Shown: positions 34,917 to 48,029 of the stretch, in pieces
Layout of the letters: every line of letters begins with the position of its first letter
How positions within the stretch are numbered: position 1 is the first letter of the stretch
Assembly: GCA_950097015.1 (NCBI GenBank)
Contig: CATNEN010000001.1
Coordinates: 27,156,001-27,220,000 of the forward strand
Length of the DNA: 64,000 nt
Source: Macrostomum hystrix
Taxonomy: Eukaryota; Animalia; Platyhelminthes
Reading direction: 5' to 3'
Position numbers and translations under genes: made by a program
Notes under the pieces: generated by a model
Databases searched by the model: none
Told to the model about the DNA's origin: nothing
The model's input: only the letters and a program-made list of their open reading frames with translations

Positions 34917-36256
34917 GGCAGTGCTTATCCCCACGGTACCATAGAAATAATTTTTGTCTTTTTCCTACAGTAACGTGGGAATAATTTCCTGCTTATCCAC
35001 ACGGCACACTGACGAGATAGCTGTCCTATCTTCAGCATATTCTGTGGGAATAATTTCCTGCTTATCCGCACAGCACACTGACGAGATAGCTGTCCTATCT
35101 TCAACATATTCTGTGGGAATAATTTCCTGCTTATCCGCAAGGCACACTGACGAGATAGCTGTCCTATCTTCAACATATTCCGTGGGAATAATTTCCTGCT
35201 TATCTGCACGGCACACTGACGAGATAGCTATCCTATCTTCAACATATTTTAACTTGGCCTAGAATAAAGTAATAGACTGGATTATAGACTTAGAAGGCTT
35301 GAGCTATAAGATTAGAAAAATACACACTTCAGTTGTATTCTTTTAAATATATAAATAATAGAAATATATATTTTATATACTTAAAAAAGCCACCATATTG
35401 TGTAACTACTTGCGAAAAAAGCAGAAAACTTTAATTTGTTTACTTGCTTTTAAAAACCGGAAGAAAAAAGGAAAATTGCAGTCATGATAAAAAGATAGAT
35501 GATAGGACAGCTATCTCGTCAGTGTGCCGTGCAGATAAGCAGGAAATTATTCCCACGGAATATGTTGAAGATAGGACAGCTATCTCGTCGGTGTGCCATG
35601 CGGATAAGCAGGAAATTATTCCCACTGTACTGTAGCCATAGTCCGGATCATGTCGTTTACGCCGGAGATCTCCGGCGTAAATCTGGTTTGGGATCGGAGG
35701 CTGGCGTAAGTGCTTGGCGTAAGTATAGGCCAAAATGTGCCTTGGCGTAAGTGCTTGGCGTAAGTACATGGCATAAATCAAGTGGCGTAAATGTTAGCAC
35801 AAATGAGATCATTCACGATCAAATGTATCACTATAGAACATAACACATTTGCGTTAATTATGATGTTTGCGTTAATTTGGAGCAGCATTAAAACAAAGTT
35901 CATTAAAATATTGCAGTTCGTATAAATGAGATAGCAGAATATCTATTGTAGGATAGCAAAAGTTTTTTTAGCTTTAAGATGCTAACTTTGATACTTGATT
36001 AAGAATTTGCAACTTGTGAGATTTTTAAACAGTTGCAACTTCTGAATTTAATTAATCACCGATTAACATGATTTGTGAAGGACCTTTTTTTGGGTGGCGT
36101 AAGTCAGAGGGACCTTTTTTGGTTGGCGTAAGTCTGGCGTAAGTGCCAAAAAATGTTGGATTTTTCCTCCGGCGTAAGTCCAGCATGATCCGGACTATGG
36201 TACTGTAGGAATAAGACAAAAATTATTTCTACGGTACCGTGGGGATAAGCAATGCC
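34917..36256. mobile_element. Foldback-type MITE (MULE/Merlin-like), 9-bp TSD, 69-bp internal repeats
   Basis: TIR GGCAGTGCTTATCCCCACGGTACC; TSD ATTGAATAA; four 69-bp units on the left and about two inverted units on the right. Confidence 0.85.
35636..36200. mobile_element. Second CCATAGTCCGGATCA-family MITE
   Basis: 17-bp perfect TIR; TSD TACTGTAG (35628-35635, 36201-36208); GGCGTAAG subterminal repeats. Confidence 0.9.
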
Positions 36257-36386
36257 ATTGAATAATTTTAATATTCTAATAAAACCCACTGCTAGAGGCA
36301 TAATATATTTTTACTTGCTTGCAGTATAACAGGGATATATATAACATAGGTGTAACTGTATTTAAATTGCAATATGCTCTATTTTT

Positions 36387-36849
36387 GTGTATATAACTTT
36401 GACCGATCGGTTTTTACTGACGTTAAACCGACGTTAAAATGTACATACACTGGAGTGGGGTGGCTACTAGCGGGACAAGATTTTAATTGGGGTGTGTGAC
36501 AGGGAATTCCCTAACCCACCCCAAGTGGACAATTAGTCATGCTGATGATTCATCTCTCAATCATCTCTAGTTCATGCTAACTAAAAATATATATGCATTG
36601 ATGCATATGATCGTTAACGTCGGGAAAAGTTTATGTCGGCAATGTATTTCATATGAAGCCTAAATGTTGGTGTTTTTGAGAGATGAATCATCAGCATGAC
36701 TAATTGTCCACTTGGGGTGGGTTAGGGAATTCCCTGTCACACACCCCAATTAAAATCTTGTCCCGCTAGCAGCCACCCCACTCCAGTGTATGTACATTTT
36801 AACGTCGGTTTAATGTCGGTAAAAACCGATCAGCCAAAGTTATATACAT
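36387..36849. mobile_element. MITE with ~175-bp TIRs
   Basis: GTGTATATAACTTTG... is mirrored up to 36849; flanking direct repeat (T)CTATTTTT of 8-9 bp. Confidence 0.82.
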
Positions 36850-38789
36850 CTATTTTTTGTTAACTATTAACTGATTTCTGATTAATGCTAACTGATTAAC
36901 TGACTGGCATTAAGACAAAAGTTAAGACTATATGTAAAAGTTAAAGTTTCTGTTAAACTCAGTAAAGCTGAAAGCACAATGTCATGTAGGTCTACTAGTA
37001 GAAAAAGACTACGAGTTGAAGAAACATCAAGCTCTGCTGAAACTGAAACTGAAAGTGATAGTGAAAGCTATTATAGTATATGGTGTACTATTGCCATTGG
37101 TATCTTGGAGTTGGAAACTATTCAACTTTTCATTGAATAGTTTTGAAGTAGGAAATTTGTACCTGTAAAAGTGGTGTACAGTTAGGGAAGGCAGAAAAAA
37201 TTGGCATACATTGTTGTACAAACTGTGGATCCATCATGTTTTAGTTTGGCGTACACCCTGCCATGATCTGGACTATGGTGTAGGCCTTGCTACAATACAA
37301 AGAATAACCCTCTGATTTGTATAGCCTTTATGTGGTGCACCAGGCAAACTGTTTCAACATTTACATATGCAATCCTAAGCAATTTTGCAGCCTGCAAAAG
37401 TGCAGAAATTGCAAAGATTATGATAACTAGTAGAAACAAATTTAAATTTCTATATCTCCATTGACCTAAAAATATTACACAAAAACATAGGCATAAAATA
37501 TTAAAATTAAAATTATTTTTATAATTACGAATTATGATTATGAAATAAAAATATTTAGATAAAGAAGATATTTACCTATGCAACTCATAACCGCAGCCGA
37601 TTATGCAGTTCCTTTATAAATACAATTAAAGTCTGGAACTATACGCGATATTAGTTTTATACATTGTAAATCAATCGTACTGGGAAAAAAGTAAGCTTGC
37701 GACTTCGTCTTTATTTAGGAAGCGTTTTATAACTTTCTCTTTTCCGCTTCATTACTTGTCCCTTTCTTTTCTTTTCTTAATTATCTCTGCGTCACACGTA
37801 TTAATTAAATCTGTAAAAGTATTTCCCTTTCCCTCAAAATGGTGCGCTGGTTTATTTAAGTAATGTATTTATCTAGTTATAATCTTTGTTATAATATATG
37901 TTAATCCCTTAATATTTTAAAGTCATATGCGCGTCTTTTCCGTGTGCGGCGCGGGCGAGCGTTGCGCTGATATAACCAATAAATACTTTCGTAGTAAGAT
38001 AATTCGAAAAAATATAATTTAAATCGTTCCGGCTACAATACGGTAAATCATTTCCTGATTGACTTTCACATCACATTCACATTCAAACAAGAGTATTGCA
38101 ACTTAAAAAATAACCATTAAACTACAGCGAAACTTAACAGCTCTTCTGATGCAACTAAGACAACGTTCCAAAAAAACATAATTTTGTCAATCCGTAAAAT
38201 AATTACACAGCCTTGAAGTTTGCTTCTATCTCCGCACTGTATTTTCTTGTACTTTCAAAAATATACTTCCATTGCATTAATCGCAATAAAAATTTACAAA
38301 ACCTCTGATGCAATCGAGTTTATTAGATGCGTAAGATTTCAGACTGATTCATGAAAACGTCTGCGAGTTATTCAAGGTTAAAGTGTTTCGTATCTCCATG
38401 TGTCTTTTTTTGGGAGCCAGCTTGACATTGATCAGCTCGCAAACAATTCAAAGCAATTGATCTTTGCGGGCCTCTCTCCCTCTCAGACAGATTTATCTGC
38501 GACAGAGTCCACTATGCAAACACATAGTTGTTTGTTCACACACTAGGACCCCACGGAATTTCCGAGGACTTCCTTGCGGCAGAGTTCTGTTAACCCATAC
38601 TACTACTTTTATATATATCACAAAGACAGTTTTTTACTTTCGTTTTGATTTGTTATTGTTTCTACAAAGTGAAAAAAAAATTTTATACACTTTTATTCTC
38701 CGGTATATTTTTTTCTCCGAGAGACCCGGGCGTACATGTCAGGTCGTCAGCCGAACGAGACGCAGCAGCAAAGACACCGTCAAGCGGAC

Positions 38790-39520
38790 CTCCAGCGTCT
38801 AAGCCTAGGCCATGGGCATCACCGATCGCCCTCGTCAAAGACGGAACAGCACGCTTCTGTTTGGACTACCGGCTGCTCAATGAAGTCACCGAACCGGATG
38901 CGTTCCCAATTCCGAGGATCGACGACACCCTGCATGCACTGCTAGGCAACGCCTACTTCTCGGCACTCGACCTGGAAAAGTGGAAAAGTACTGGCAGGTC
39001 GAGGTTGATAAACGCGACAGGGAGAAGACAGAATTTATCTGTCATCAAGGCCTCTTTGAGTTCAACGTCATGACGTTCGGTCTGCGCAATGCCCGGCAAC
39101 ATTTCAACGCCTCATGCAACTCGTGCTCCAAGGTCAGACCAGCTGGTAAGCGTGCCTGGTGTTCATCGACGACTTCATCGTGATGGGCCGAACAATTAAG
39201 GAGCACAGTTTTCGGCTGCGGGAATTCGGCTTTCGGCTTCGGCTGACGCTTCTTGAATACGTCAATGATCGTCCTCGGCCACCGCGTGTCCAAAACTAGC
39301 ATTACCGTCGACGAATCGAAAACGGCTGCCATTCAGAACTGGCCGACTCCGCGCACCTCCAAGGAAGTGAAGAGCTTCTTAGGCCTGGCAGCTTATTATC
39401 GTCGTTTCATCCAAGGCTATTCGAAGATCGCTGAGCCGCTGCGACGCCTGAAAACGCCAACGGAAAAGTTCGAATGGACGTCAGTAGCTGCAGAATCGTT
39501 CAGCGACTCAAGGCGGCCCT
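38790..39520 (+). pseudogene. Gypsy reverse transcriptase fragment
   Basis: PWASPI, RFCLDYRLLN, FPIPRIDD, YFSALDL, YWQV, FEFNVMTFGLRNA, VFIDD, LGH, VKSFLGLAAYYRRFI; frameshifted. Confidence 0.85.
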
Positions 39521-40228
39521 TTCTTGGGGCAGGCCGCGCCAGGGGGTGGAGCATAAGCCCCTAACCCCTGGGTCAGCACACGGGGGACGGGCGCAGCTGA
39601 GCAAGGGACAAGAGAGAGAGAAAACTAGCCTCGGGGTGGAGGGTTGGGCACGCACAACATAACTTTCAAATTACGACATTATAACTCACTAATACCTCAC
39701 AATGGTGACGATCAAAGGAATGAAAAATGCGGCTATTGTGCTAATCACTGGTTTTAGAGAAAAATGCGTGACATTTCGGGCACAGCAGACTCAGAAAATG
39801 TATACTCGACCTAATTTGAGCCAATGTTACCTCGTTATTCATTGGCAAACCCTTTTTCAATTGGATAATGGACGCCAAGATAGAGTTTTTGCAAATAATT
39901 GAATCCCACTCTCACGCAAAGCCATTCAGCATGTGAAAACTTTATGCAATGAAACTTTCGAAGTATAGCTTAAGGAAAAAGTCTATTATTGGAAGATAGA
40001 AAATTAATTAATTAAATTGACGAAACATTAAAATAATTCAGCGTATGACTCAGTGTTCCATTTTTGTACGAGTACTTAAACTGGCGCATTCTGCACTAGC
40101 TCGTTTAGTTTTTAACAATTTTTTATTCTAGCATAAGTCATCCAAACAGCCTAAGAATATATCATTGTCTTCTTTTTTAGTTTAGAATTTTCTATTGCTT
40201 CAAAGCTAGTTAGTCCATGGGCCAATGC

Positions 40229-40944
40229 TTAGCCGCGCACGTAGAGAGCCCAGTCGGGGCCGCTCAGGCTGGCTGGCGGGTAGGTGAACGCGAGCAGGTG
40301 GCAGGTGAGCTGCCGCTGTGAGAACACGGCAGCCTGACAGTCGTCTCTGGCGCTGCACTGGAGCAGGCAGTCAGCGTCCGTCTTGGCAGTGGCCGGCCAG
40401 AACGAGGTCTGCGAGGTCGCGACTGTCAGGCCGGATCCGCTCGCAACCGTGTACACGTTCCTGTCAGAATACAAGAGGAGGAACGCATGTTTTTCGATGG
40501 CTTGACTCTTTCCAAGCTTCATGTTCTCCTGCTCAAAGCAGACCACTCACCCGCGTAGGTCAGACCAAACACCGAATTGTGATTGGCAGCCCCGCATCTC
40601 TGCATTGAGTTTCCGGAGCAGACTGTGGCACAATTTTCATCCGCAGAGTTGCCCTGCGATCCGTAGGAGTTGGCGCAGAAGCACTGCTGACCCACTTGGA
40701 TTCCGAAGTAGCGGAAGCCGCCTAGAGAGCACACTTGGCTGCACAATTCGTGAGTCATGCTCAAACTTCTGAAGTAGCCGCCGTTCAAGATGTTGAACGC
40801 GCCGATGCTGCCCACTCCGCTGAGGCCGCTCAGGTCTCTAGTCGAGTTGGTGTTGTCCACGAAGCAGCCTAGGTATGAGATGTTGGCAACTCGGCCGGCC
40901 ACTCCGCTCAGCAGCGCACAGAGCAGAAGGAGCTGCCGAAACAT
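40229..40944 (-). CDS. Secreted WSC + PAN/apple-domain protein, copy 1 (splice acceptor mutated)
   Basis: Signal peptide MFRQLLLLCALLSGVAG; WSC YLGCFVD..MTHELC...C...YFGIQVGQQCFC...CSGN...CG. Exon 1 is 40944-40551 and exon 2 about 40464-40229. Confidence 0.75.
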
Positions 40945-42289
40945 TCTCTGTTTTGACAGATGACGTCTTGGCAGGCAGGTCACTGCATGGATGCTTTATA
41001 TTCAGAATTCTGCACCCAATGGCGTGAGGTTCTTCGTGATTTAGTAGCCAGGTGAGACTAGAATCCAAGGAGTGTCATGGGATTTCATTGGGAAAATCCC
41101 CTCAGTTGGATGAGGCGACGGTGGGACAGAGCTGCCGTTCACCCCTGGTTTGATTAATTAGATTTGCTGGAGCTTTCTAGAGCTAGCACCATAGGGTAAT
41201 TATTTGCTAAAAAGAGTTCAGTCATACAAAAAATAGATGTACGCTGCGACCAAAAGGAAGAATTGGGTAAGAATTTAGGGCAGAGCATAGATGCAGGTGC
41301 GTGTTCTGTGAACACTTGGGGTGGGGATCAGTGATGAGGCAGCGAGCTATTATTTTGGTAACAATAGCGCGACATTTTGGCGCCAAAGGTTGTAACGGCA
41401 GGGAACTTCAATCATGTGTAAACAGTTAGGTTGCAAGAGTTTCTGGTGAGTTTGATTGGCTCGTGAGCGTATGATTGATGATGCTTGTGACTGTATTGGG
41501 ATGGTGGAAAACTGCTTGCAATGCTGCATTCCAGAAGCAAAAGCTTTCCAGAACTCTCCAGGATTTTCCTGAATCCTTCGGTCAGCCAAAAGTCCATCTG
41601 TCTCGCAACATGTGTACCTGACGTCAGCGTTGATCTGCGGCACTGCCTCGAGTGACTTGGCTGCATTTATTTTGTGAGGCGGTTGTCAAGACCGTCCTGC
41701 AGTAAAACACCGAAACCTGGACGCTGAAGGGCTCGCTCGAACAGCAAGTCGACGCGCACCGCAGCGACGCTCAGCGTCGAGCGATCGAGTTGCCAACTCG
41801 GCCTGGCATGTCCAAGTGAGCTTCTGCGTCTTCGTCGAATGCCGGCGTCATCAAGGCTGGTTGACGCTGGTAGCCCAACACTTTGCCGGTGGTGCGGTCT
41901 TCGTTCACATGACAACGTCCAATATTTTTATTGCCTAAGTTTTGTGTACTACTGCCAGTATTATGTCATGAATAGTTGCTTGAAACAATAAACTCACGCA
42001 AAATCTGGATACGCCCAGATGCGGCCTCGTTAATTTTATATTGTCCGAATTTTTAGTTCGGCTTTATTCTTGTTTTCTGAAATACAAACACGCCATTATA
42101 ATTCTCAGGCAAAAGTTTTTCAACATTCCCAACCAAAGGCTGTCACTTAATTGATCTACTAAAATGTCGCTTGGATTTCAGGTCTTATGCAATGCTATTG
42201 TTAAGCAGGTATGCAAATTGAAATTAAGCCTAAATCTTGGACTCGATGAACAATCATGCATTTATTTTGTGGCGAGATCGAAGGGCTTG

Positions 42290-42463
42290 TGTGCAGCCTT
42301 TCAGTCCATGGACTGCGTGGGCGCCACTCTCACCAAAATTTCTACCCCAGCTGAAGCTGGTACGCACTTATCAGGTCACAAGGACGTAAATTATTTCCCT
42401 CTTGGCTGAGATTCGAACTCCCGACGTTTCATTCAAAGTCCGAAACTCTTATCACTGGGTTAC
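42290..42463 (-). mobile_element. Degenerate tRNA-derived SINE
   Basis: Minus-strand B box GGAGTTCGAATCTC, A-box-like GTAACCCAGTGATAAG, followed by GTACCAGCTTCAGCTGGGG. Confidence 0.5.
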
Positions 42464-43092
42464 AAACATCAGCAGCTAAGTTGCATGAGATATTTTACTG
42501 AATTATTTATACCTGTCTCAATCGTTACTTTTATATGCAGCAAATATGAAGCCAAATTTGCAGTATCGTTTCTCTGAGTCTGCTCTTATCTGAACTTGCT
42601 GTGCACTTTCTTAGGTTTAATTTTCAACTAGACTTGACCAGCTTAGCTTAGAATCTGCTTTCTAGACGCAGCAGTCATCGCACTAGTGTGAAATGGCTTT
42701 GAAAAATACAAGAATCGTACTAAAACACAATAATTTCAATGCATTGAATTGCTTCAGGTGTGAAAGCAATTGTCAAAAAAGCAAGCCAGGCAGTAAAACT
42801 TGCAATAAAGGTCTTTTTTGCTTAAAAAGCCTTTATTGTCAGCAATTGCGCGCTTGACTGCGCATCTGGATGAAAATTCGTGACCTCAGCCTAATCTTTT
42901 TGCATTCGTAAATTTGCGTGTCATTTTGCAGCTCCTGCTGCTGCTGGTTTGAATATCGAGCTCGTAGGATTCGACTTCGCAAAATGAAATGGAGCTAGCT
43001 AAGAGCTCAGGGTTATTGTTCTTAAGGAAACTCAGGATCGCTTCTCATTCGTGTCAACCTCCGCATCCCTAGCTGAGCAGGCGGTGTCTTTT

Positions 43093-43899
43093 TCAGCCGC
43101 GCACGTAGAGATCCCAGTCGGGGCCGCTCAGGCTGGCTGGCGGGTAGGCGAACGCGAGCAGGTGGCACGTGAGGAGCCGCTGTGAGAACACGGCAGCCTG
43201 ACAGTCGTCTCTGGCGCTGCACTGGAGCAGGCAGTCAGCGTCCGACTTGGCGGTGGTCGGCCAGAACGAGGTCTGCGAGGTCAGGACTGTCAGGCCGGAT
43301 CCGCTGGACCTTGTGTAGATGTTTCTGTCTGAAAGGGAGTTAGGGCAAATCAGGCTAAAAGGTTTGTTCCTTGCTCAGTTGGATCAAATAGTTGGAATTG
43401 TTCACTCTCAAAACCTTGGAAGCCTCTTGCAATTCGCAAACTCGCTCGCACTGATATACACGTCTGCAGGCCAACCAGTGCACTCACCGACATAGATCAG
43501 AGCGAAGACCGAGTTGCGGTTGAAGCCTCCGCACTTCTGCAACGGATCGCCGGTGCACGGGGATCCGCACTGGGCCTCAATGGCCGTACCCTGCGATCCG
43601 TAAGACTTGCCGCAGAAGCAATGTTTGCCGTTTTGCACTCCGAAGTAGGCGAAGCCAGCCAGTGAGCAGACGCCACTGCAGAATTCCCGGGACATTGCAG
43701 TGGCGCTGAACACATTGCCATGCGAAGAATCGACAGAATATTGTCCAAGACGTCCAAACCCGCGGAGTCCGTTGAGGTCCCTCACCAAATTCGTGCCATC
43801 TACAAAGCATCCAACGTACGAGATGTTGTACACTCTACCTGCCACAGTTGCCAAGAGAGCGCACAACGGAACTAGCGACAACTGCTTGATTGCGAACAT
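43093..43899 (-). CDS. Secreted WSC + PAN/apple-domain protein, copy 2 (intact)
   Basis: Exons 43899-43488 and 43328-43093 with a phase-1 GT-AG intron. Signal peptide, WSC cysteine pattern, then CLLQC..RDDCQAAVF...TCHL. Confidence 0.85.
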
Positions 43900-45942
43900 C
43901 TTTCACAATTTGCTTGAATGCTTGAAAACTGACTTAAGAGGCAACGCTTTCAAAATTGGCCTTCTTTTAAGCAGGCATTGTTAAAGTCTTGTGGCTTTTC
44001 CCTGACTTTGTATTTGTATTTGTCGAAAAAAGCTGAACCAATTAAAATTGTCTAGCTTATTGTATAGTAATAGTGGGGATAATTGTCATGTCTACTCGTT
44101 CAACTACAGAAAAGCAGATCGCAAATGTTTGCAAGTCGTCAGTGTGGCACTACCTTTTTGGTATTACTTGCGAGCTGCTCAACCAGGAGAACAGTCAGTT
44201 ATGATTTAAGCAACCCAACTACCGTAGCTCGTTTCCAATGCACCTCCAGCTGAATTGGCTCTCTCTTGCTACAGCTTGAGATTCGTAGCAGTTCTCAAAG
44301 TTTGCTGAATTGTCACACAAGGCAGCTGAAGCCATTAAGTCTGCAGACACTGCGTATACTGTCTGTTCTCAGACTAGCTTTTACGAGGAATTCTGAGACA
44401 TCCTGTAACTGTTCTGAATGCTAATTACTTATACCAGATTAGTAAGCCACTAGTTAAAGAACCTGAAACCCAGTTACCTCACGTACGAGCGTAGTTGGTG
44501 TGGATGCCTATGCATGAGGACATTGGCATCGCGGTGTGACTTCAGGCAAAGTCTTCAATCGACTTCACTTTAACAAAAAAAGTTCACGCGACGTCAATCC
44601 TTAACTTACTGGCGGTACTGGTTCAAATATTAGAAAACGCCAAAAAACTCACCACACTTTCCTTTGATTTAGTGATCTGTTTTCATCGATGATGAACGTT
44701 TGATATCAAAAGAGCTTTTTTAATATTTTCTCCTCGGACGTCAAGGAAAAGGCCTTCTGACTGTAAGCTCCAGAGGACTTTATTGAGGGAGATTAGAAGT
44801 TCTTGCTGCGCATCACATGACTGATGCACTTTAGATCCACAGCTCATTGTAGTTTACTTTTTATTCGCACTTCCCGTTTGGCTCGGACTGAAGCAGATGC
44901 AGATTTTCAATCCAGTCAGTTCCTGTCGCTGTTTCCTCTTCCACGGACAACAACATTCACTTCTGAAGTGCATTTGAATTCCAAGGGAAAAAGTTGCTGA
45001 AATCACTTCCTAACACCCGGCCGATAGCCCGACAATGATACAATGAGCTCTGAATGTAGAACCAGGAGAGGCTGACTACGGGCCTGTCCCACCTATGCAC
45101 TGAGCAAGAGAACTCTGATGCACTTTTTTGGAAAACACCGAAAAATCCCTTTTCTTACAACAGATTTTTTCAAACTTGTTTTGCATTCCTAGAATAGCCG
45201 AACAAATTATCGATATTTCACAATCGTTGCTGAAGCTTGCTTGTCTGCCTGTTTTAACAAGCGAGCTGTGTTCAAAGGAAGTTAAAGAAAAATGAAGCAA
45301 TTTTTTATTAATCACAAAGTTTTAGGTTTTTGGTTTTAGGCACAGCAGATGCACAAGCTTCAGCAGAAAAGTAGAGATGCTATTCAGCTTTTTAATAAAA
45401 CAAAAATTGTGAAAAAAAATTGTCATAAGAAGCGAAAGGTATCAGCATTTTTTCAAGTAGTGTTTGAATTATCTTTCACAGCCTTCGTAAGATAAGCGTG
45501 ATCCAAGTTCCTACCTCACCTGTGTGATTTTCAGTCCTTAATTTTGAACTTCAGGATACGCAAGTAGAGGCCAAAAATACATCAAAGTAAAACAAATTGT
45601 TACGATTCGAATGCTCGCAGGAAAAAAACAGAAGACAAAAGTATATTATTATTTTATCAAAAAACACAAAAACATCATAAAGGCTAAAACATGCTATTGC
45701 ATTGCATTGCGTACAGTGCATTAGCAAAGTACAGTTATGAAATTGAATTTTGAAAACGTTTTTAGACTCGTGAATGATCATCAATTTGCGATCAATTTGC
45801 TGGGACTGCAATACGATTCTCATAAAAATTATAGCCCCTGTGCATAAAAACGCGAGATGTCTCTTAAACCTCAGGTAACTCAGACACAGGATCGCTTCTC
45901 ATTCGTGTCAGCTTCTGCGGACACGAGCAGGCGGTGTCTTTT

Positions 45943-46171
45943 TCAGCCGCGCACGTAGAGAGCCCAATCGGGGCCGCTCAGGCTGGCTGGCGGGTAGGCG
46001 AACGCGAGTAGGTGGCAGTTGAGCAGCCGCTGTGAGAACACGGCAGCCTGACAGTCGTCTCTGGCGCTGCACTGGAGCAGGCAGTCAGCGTCCGACTTGG
46101 CGGTGGTCGGCCAGAACGAGGTCTGCGAGGTCAGGACTGTCAGGCCGGATCCGCTGGACCTTGTGTAGATG
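45943..46171 (-). pseudogene. Orphan PAN exon (copy 3) with 3' flank
   Basis: Nearly identical to exon 2 of copy 2; no WSC exon found upstream. Confidence 0.75.
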
Positions 46172-46220
46172 ATTCTTCTAAATTGGGCGTAGGATTTAGT
46201 TTAGATTATGCCAGACTGTC

Positions 46221-46585
46221 GGGGGCGGGTCGGTGGCAGAGCGTCTGGCACGTTTGCCTCTCGCATCAAGGTCCATGAGCTCGATTTCACTGCGAGGCCA
46301 CATTCATTTGGGGCGCAGCCCTGGAGAGAAGGCTTGAGGGCTTGACGGGCAGTTCATACCCTTTTGAGGGCCAACCTCCAAGGCACAGTGGCAGCGTACA
46401 CTGCCTGGCGATGAGAAAGTCAGGGCAGATGTACATAACTGTGTGAGTATGCCTGCGTACGGTATCTGTGTGCGTTTGTGCTCAGGAGTCAGCGAAATGG
46501 GCGGAATTGCCTCCTCGCTAGCTGCGGGTCTAGTGTCACCAAATGATGTGCCATTGCCCGCAGCCCTCCTGCAATTATTATTATT
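46221..46585 (+). mobile_element. Full-length tRNA-derived SINE with (ATT)n tail
   Basis: TSD ATTATGCCAGACTGTC (46205-46220, 46586-46601) and A/B-box-like head. A related head lies at about 52978-53037. Confidence 0.85.
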
Positions 46586-47654
46586 ATTATGCCAGACTGT
46601 CTTCTAATTTTTTGATAAATTCTGGTTTTTGTTTGACGCGGTGTCGGCTTGGGTGCTAGCAATTTGGTCACCTTTCTGACTCACCTAATTAGAGAAAAAC
46701 CAGGGCTTCTCCGTCTTGATGTTAAAATGCTTTCTTTTTAATTTGTCCTTATAGGGCCAGATGTGCTGCCGAAACCGTGACCATCAAGTCGTGAATCCGA
46801 CACTGAAACCTTTAAGCTCTTACCTTTTTGCAGCAAAATAACTGCAAATTTTATTTATTTTTTTTAGTTTTTCTTAATTAGTATTGCCTTATTATGTGAT
46901 AAAGCGTCTTTCAGAATCGCGCCAATTCAAAAAAATTACCTCGTGAACTAAACTGGCGTACGCATAATGCACTGCACTAAGGAAGGACTTAATAATCGTG
47001 ATCCAGTAATCATTCTAATGTAAATACATCATTCTACGAATTTTCGGCCCTGCATTATAATATTCCTTAGTGAAAGGAATGATCTTCTATGTATCTAAAG
47101 TCTAAACTGCATTATGTCTTATGTCTTTAATTATGTTTTATTTTTACCTAGCCAGCTAGTTAAGTAGGTAATCCCACATCCAGGCTAACGGAGAACTTGT
47201 AGACCTTTACTAAACAGAGCAAATCATATTAATGATTATCTATTCTCTATATAGCAGGTTCGTTTACTGTCATCCATTCAATAAAGTTTTTTAGCGATTT
47301 ATTTTTCTAGCATATAAGCTCTAGCCTTAGCCCTGCTTTTAGCCTTAGCTTATAATTTATGTATTAGGGGCTAGGGCTACACTGTTGCTGACTACTGACT
47401 AGCAGCATGTCTGAGACAATAAGAGCAGATAAATATGAACACAGTCAGGTAGGTCAGAGTCTACCTGATCTACCTGATCTTTTAGATGCTTATCAAAATC
47501 ATAAGTACGATTGAGGAGTTGAGTAGTGTAGTCATAGTGGGGAGAAGAGTTAACATGTGAAAATTAGAAAGAGGAAAAGGCAGAATACTGGTATTTTAAG
47601 ACAAGCATACTGTCCTCAACCATGACTCCAAGTCCAGGAGATAGTCGGCTAAAG

Positions 47655-48029
47655 TTCGGGGTCGGGTCGGGTTTTAAGTCCGGGTCGGGTTCCTGGTTCG
47701 GGGTTAAGGGCTCGGGTCGGGTTCCGGGTTCGGGGTTAAGGGCTCGGGTCGGGTTTTAAGTCCGGGTCGGGTTCCGGGTTCGGGGTTAAGGGCTCGGGTC
47801 GGGTTCCGGGTTCGGGGTTAAGGGCTCGGGTCGGGTTCCAGGTTCGGGGTTATGGGCTCGGGTCGGGTTCCGGGTTCGGGGTTAAGGGCTCGGGTCGGGT
47901 TTTAAGTCCGGGTCGGGTTCCAGGTTCGGGGTTAAGGGCTCGGGTCGGGTTCCAGGTTCGGGGTTATGGGCTCGGGTCGGGTTCCGGGTTCGGGGTCAGT
48001 GTACTGTAATGGAAACCCGAACACCCCTA
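47655..48029. repeat. G-rich CGGGTT/GGGTTAAGGG array, probably a hAT MITE subterminal region
   Basis: Interleaved ~32-bp units ending in AACCCGAACACCCCTA. Confidence 0.75.

Larger units (their letters stand above)
32744..37278. mobile_element. Outer MITE (CCATAGTCCGGATCA family) hosting several nested insertions
   Basis: TIR CCATAGTCCGGATCA / TGATCTGGACTATGG; 8-bp TSD TGTAGGCC (32736-32743, 37279-37286). Confidence 0.85.

Noticed and set aside
41200-45100. Coding-like patches at about 41420-41900 and 44100-45100
   Set aside because: Multiple stops and no motif I can assign confidently.
47655-48000. Interstitial telomere
   Set aside because: Not a TTAGGG array; dominated by CGGGT motifs and ends in a CCCTA MITE-like terminus.
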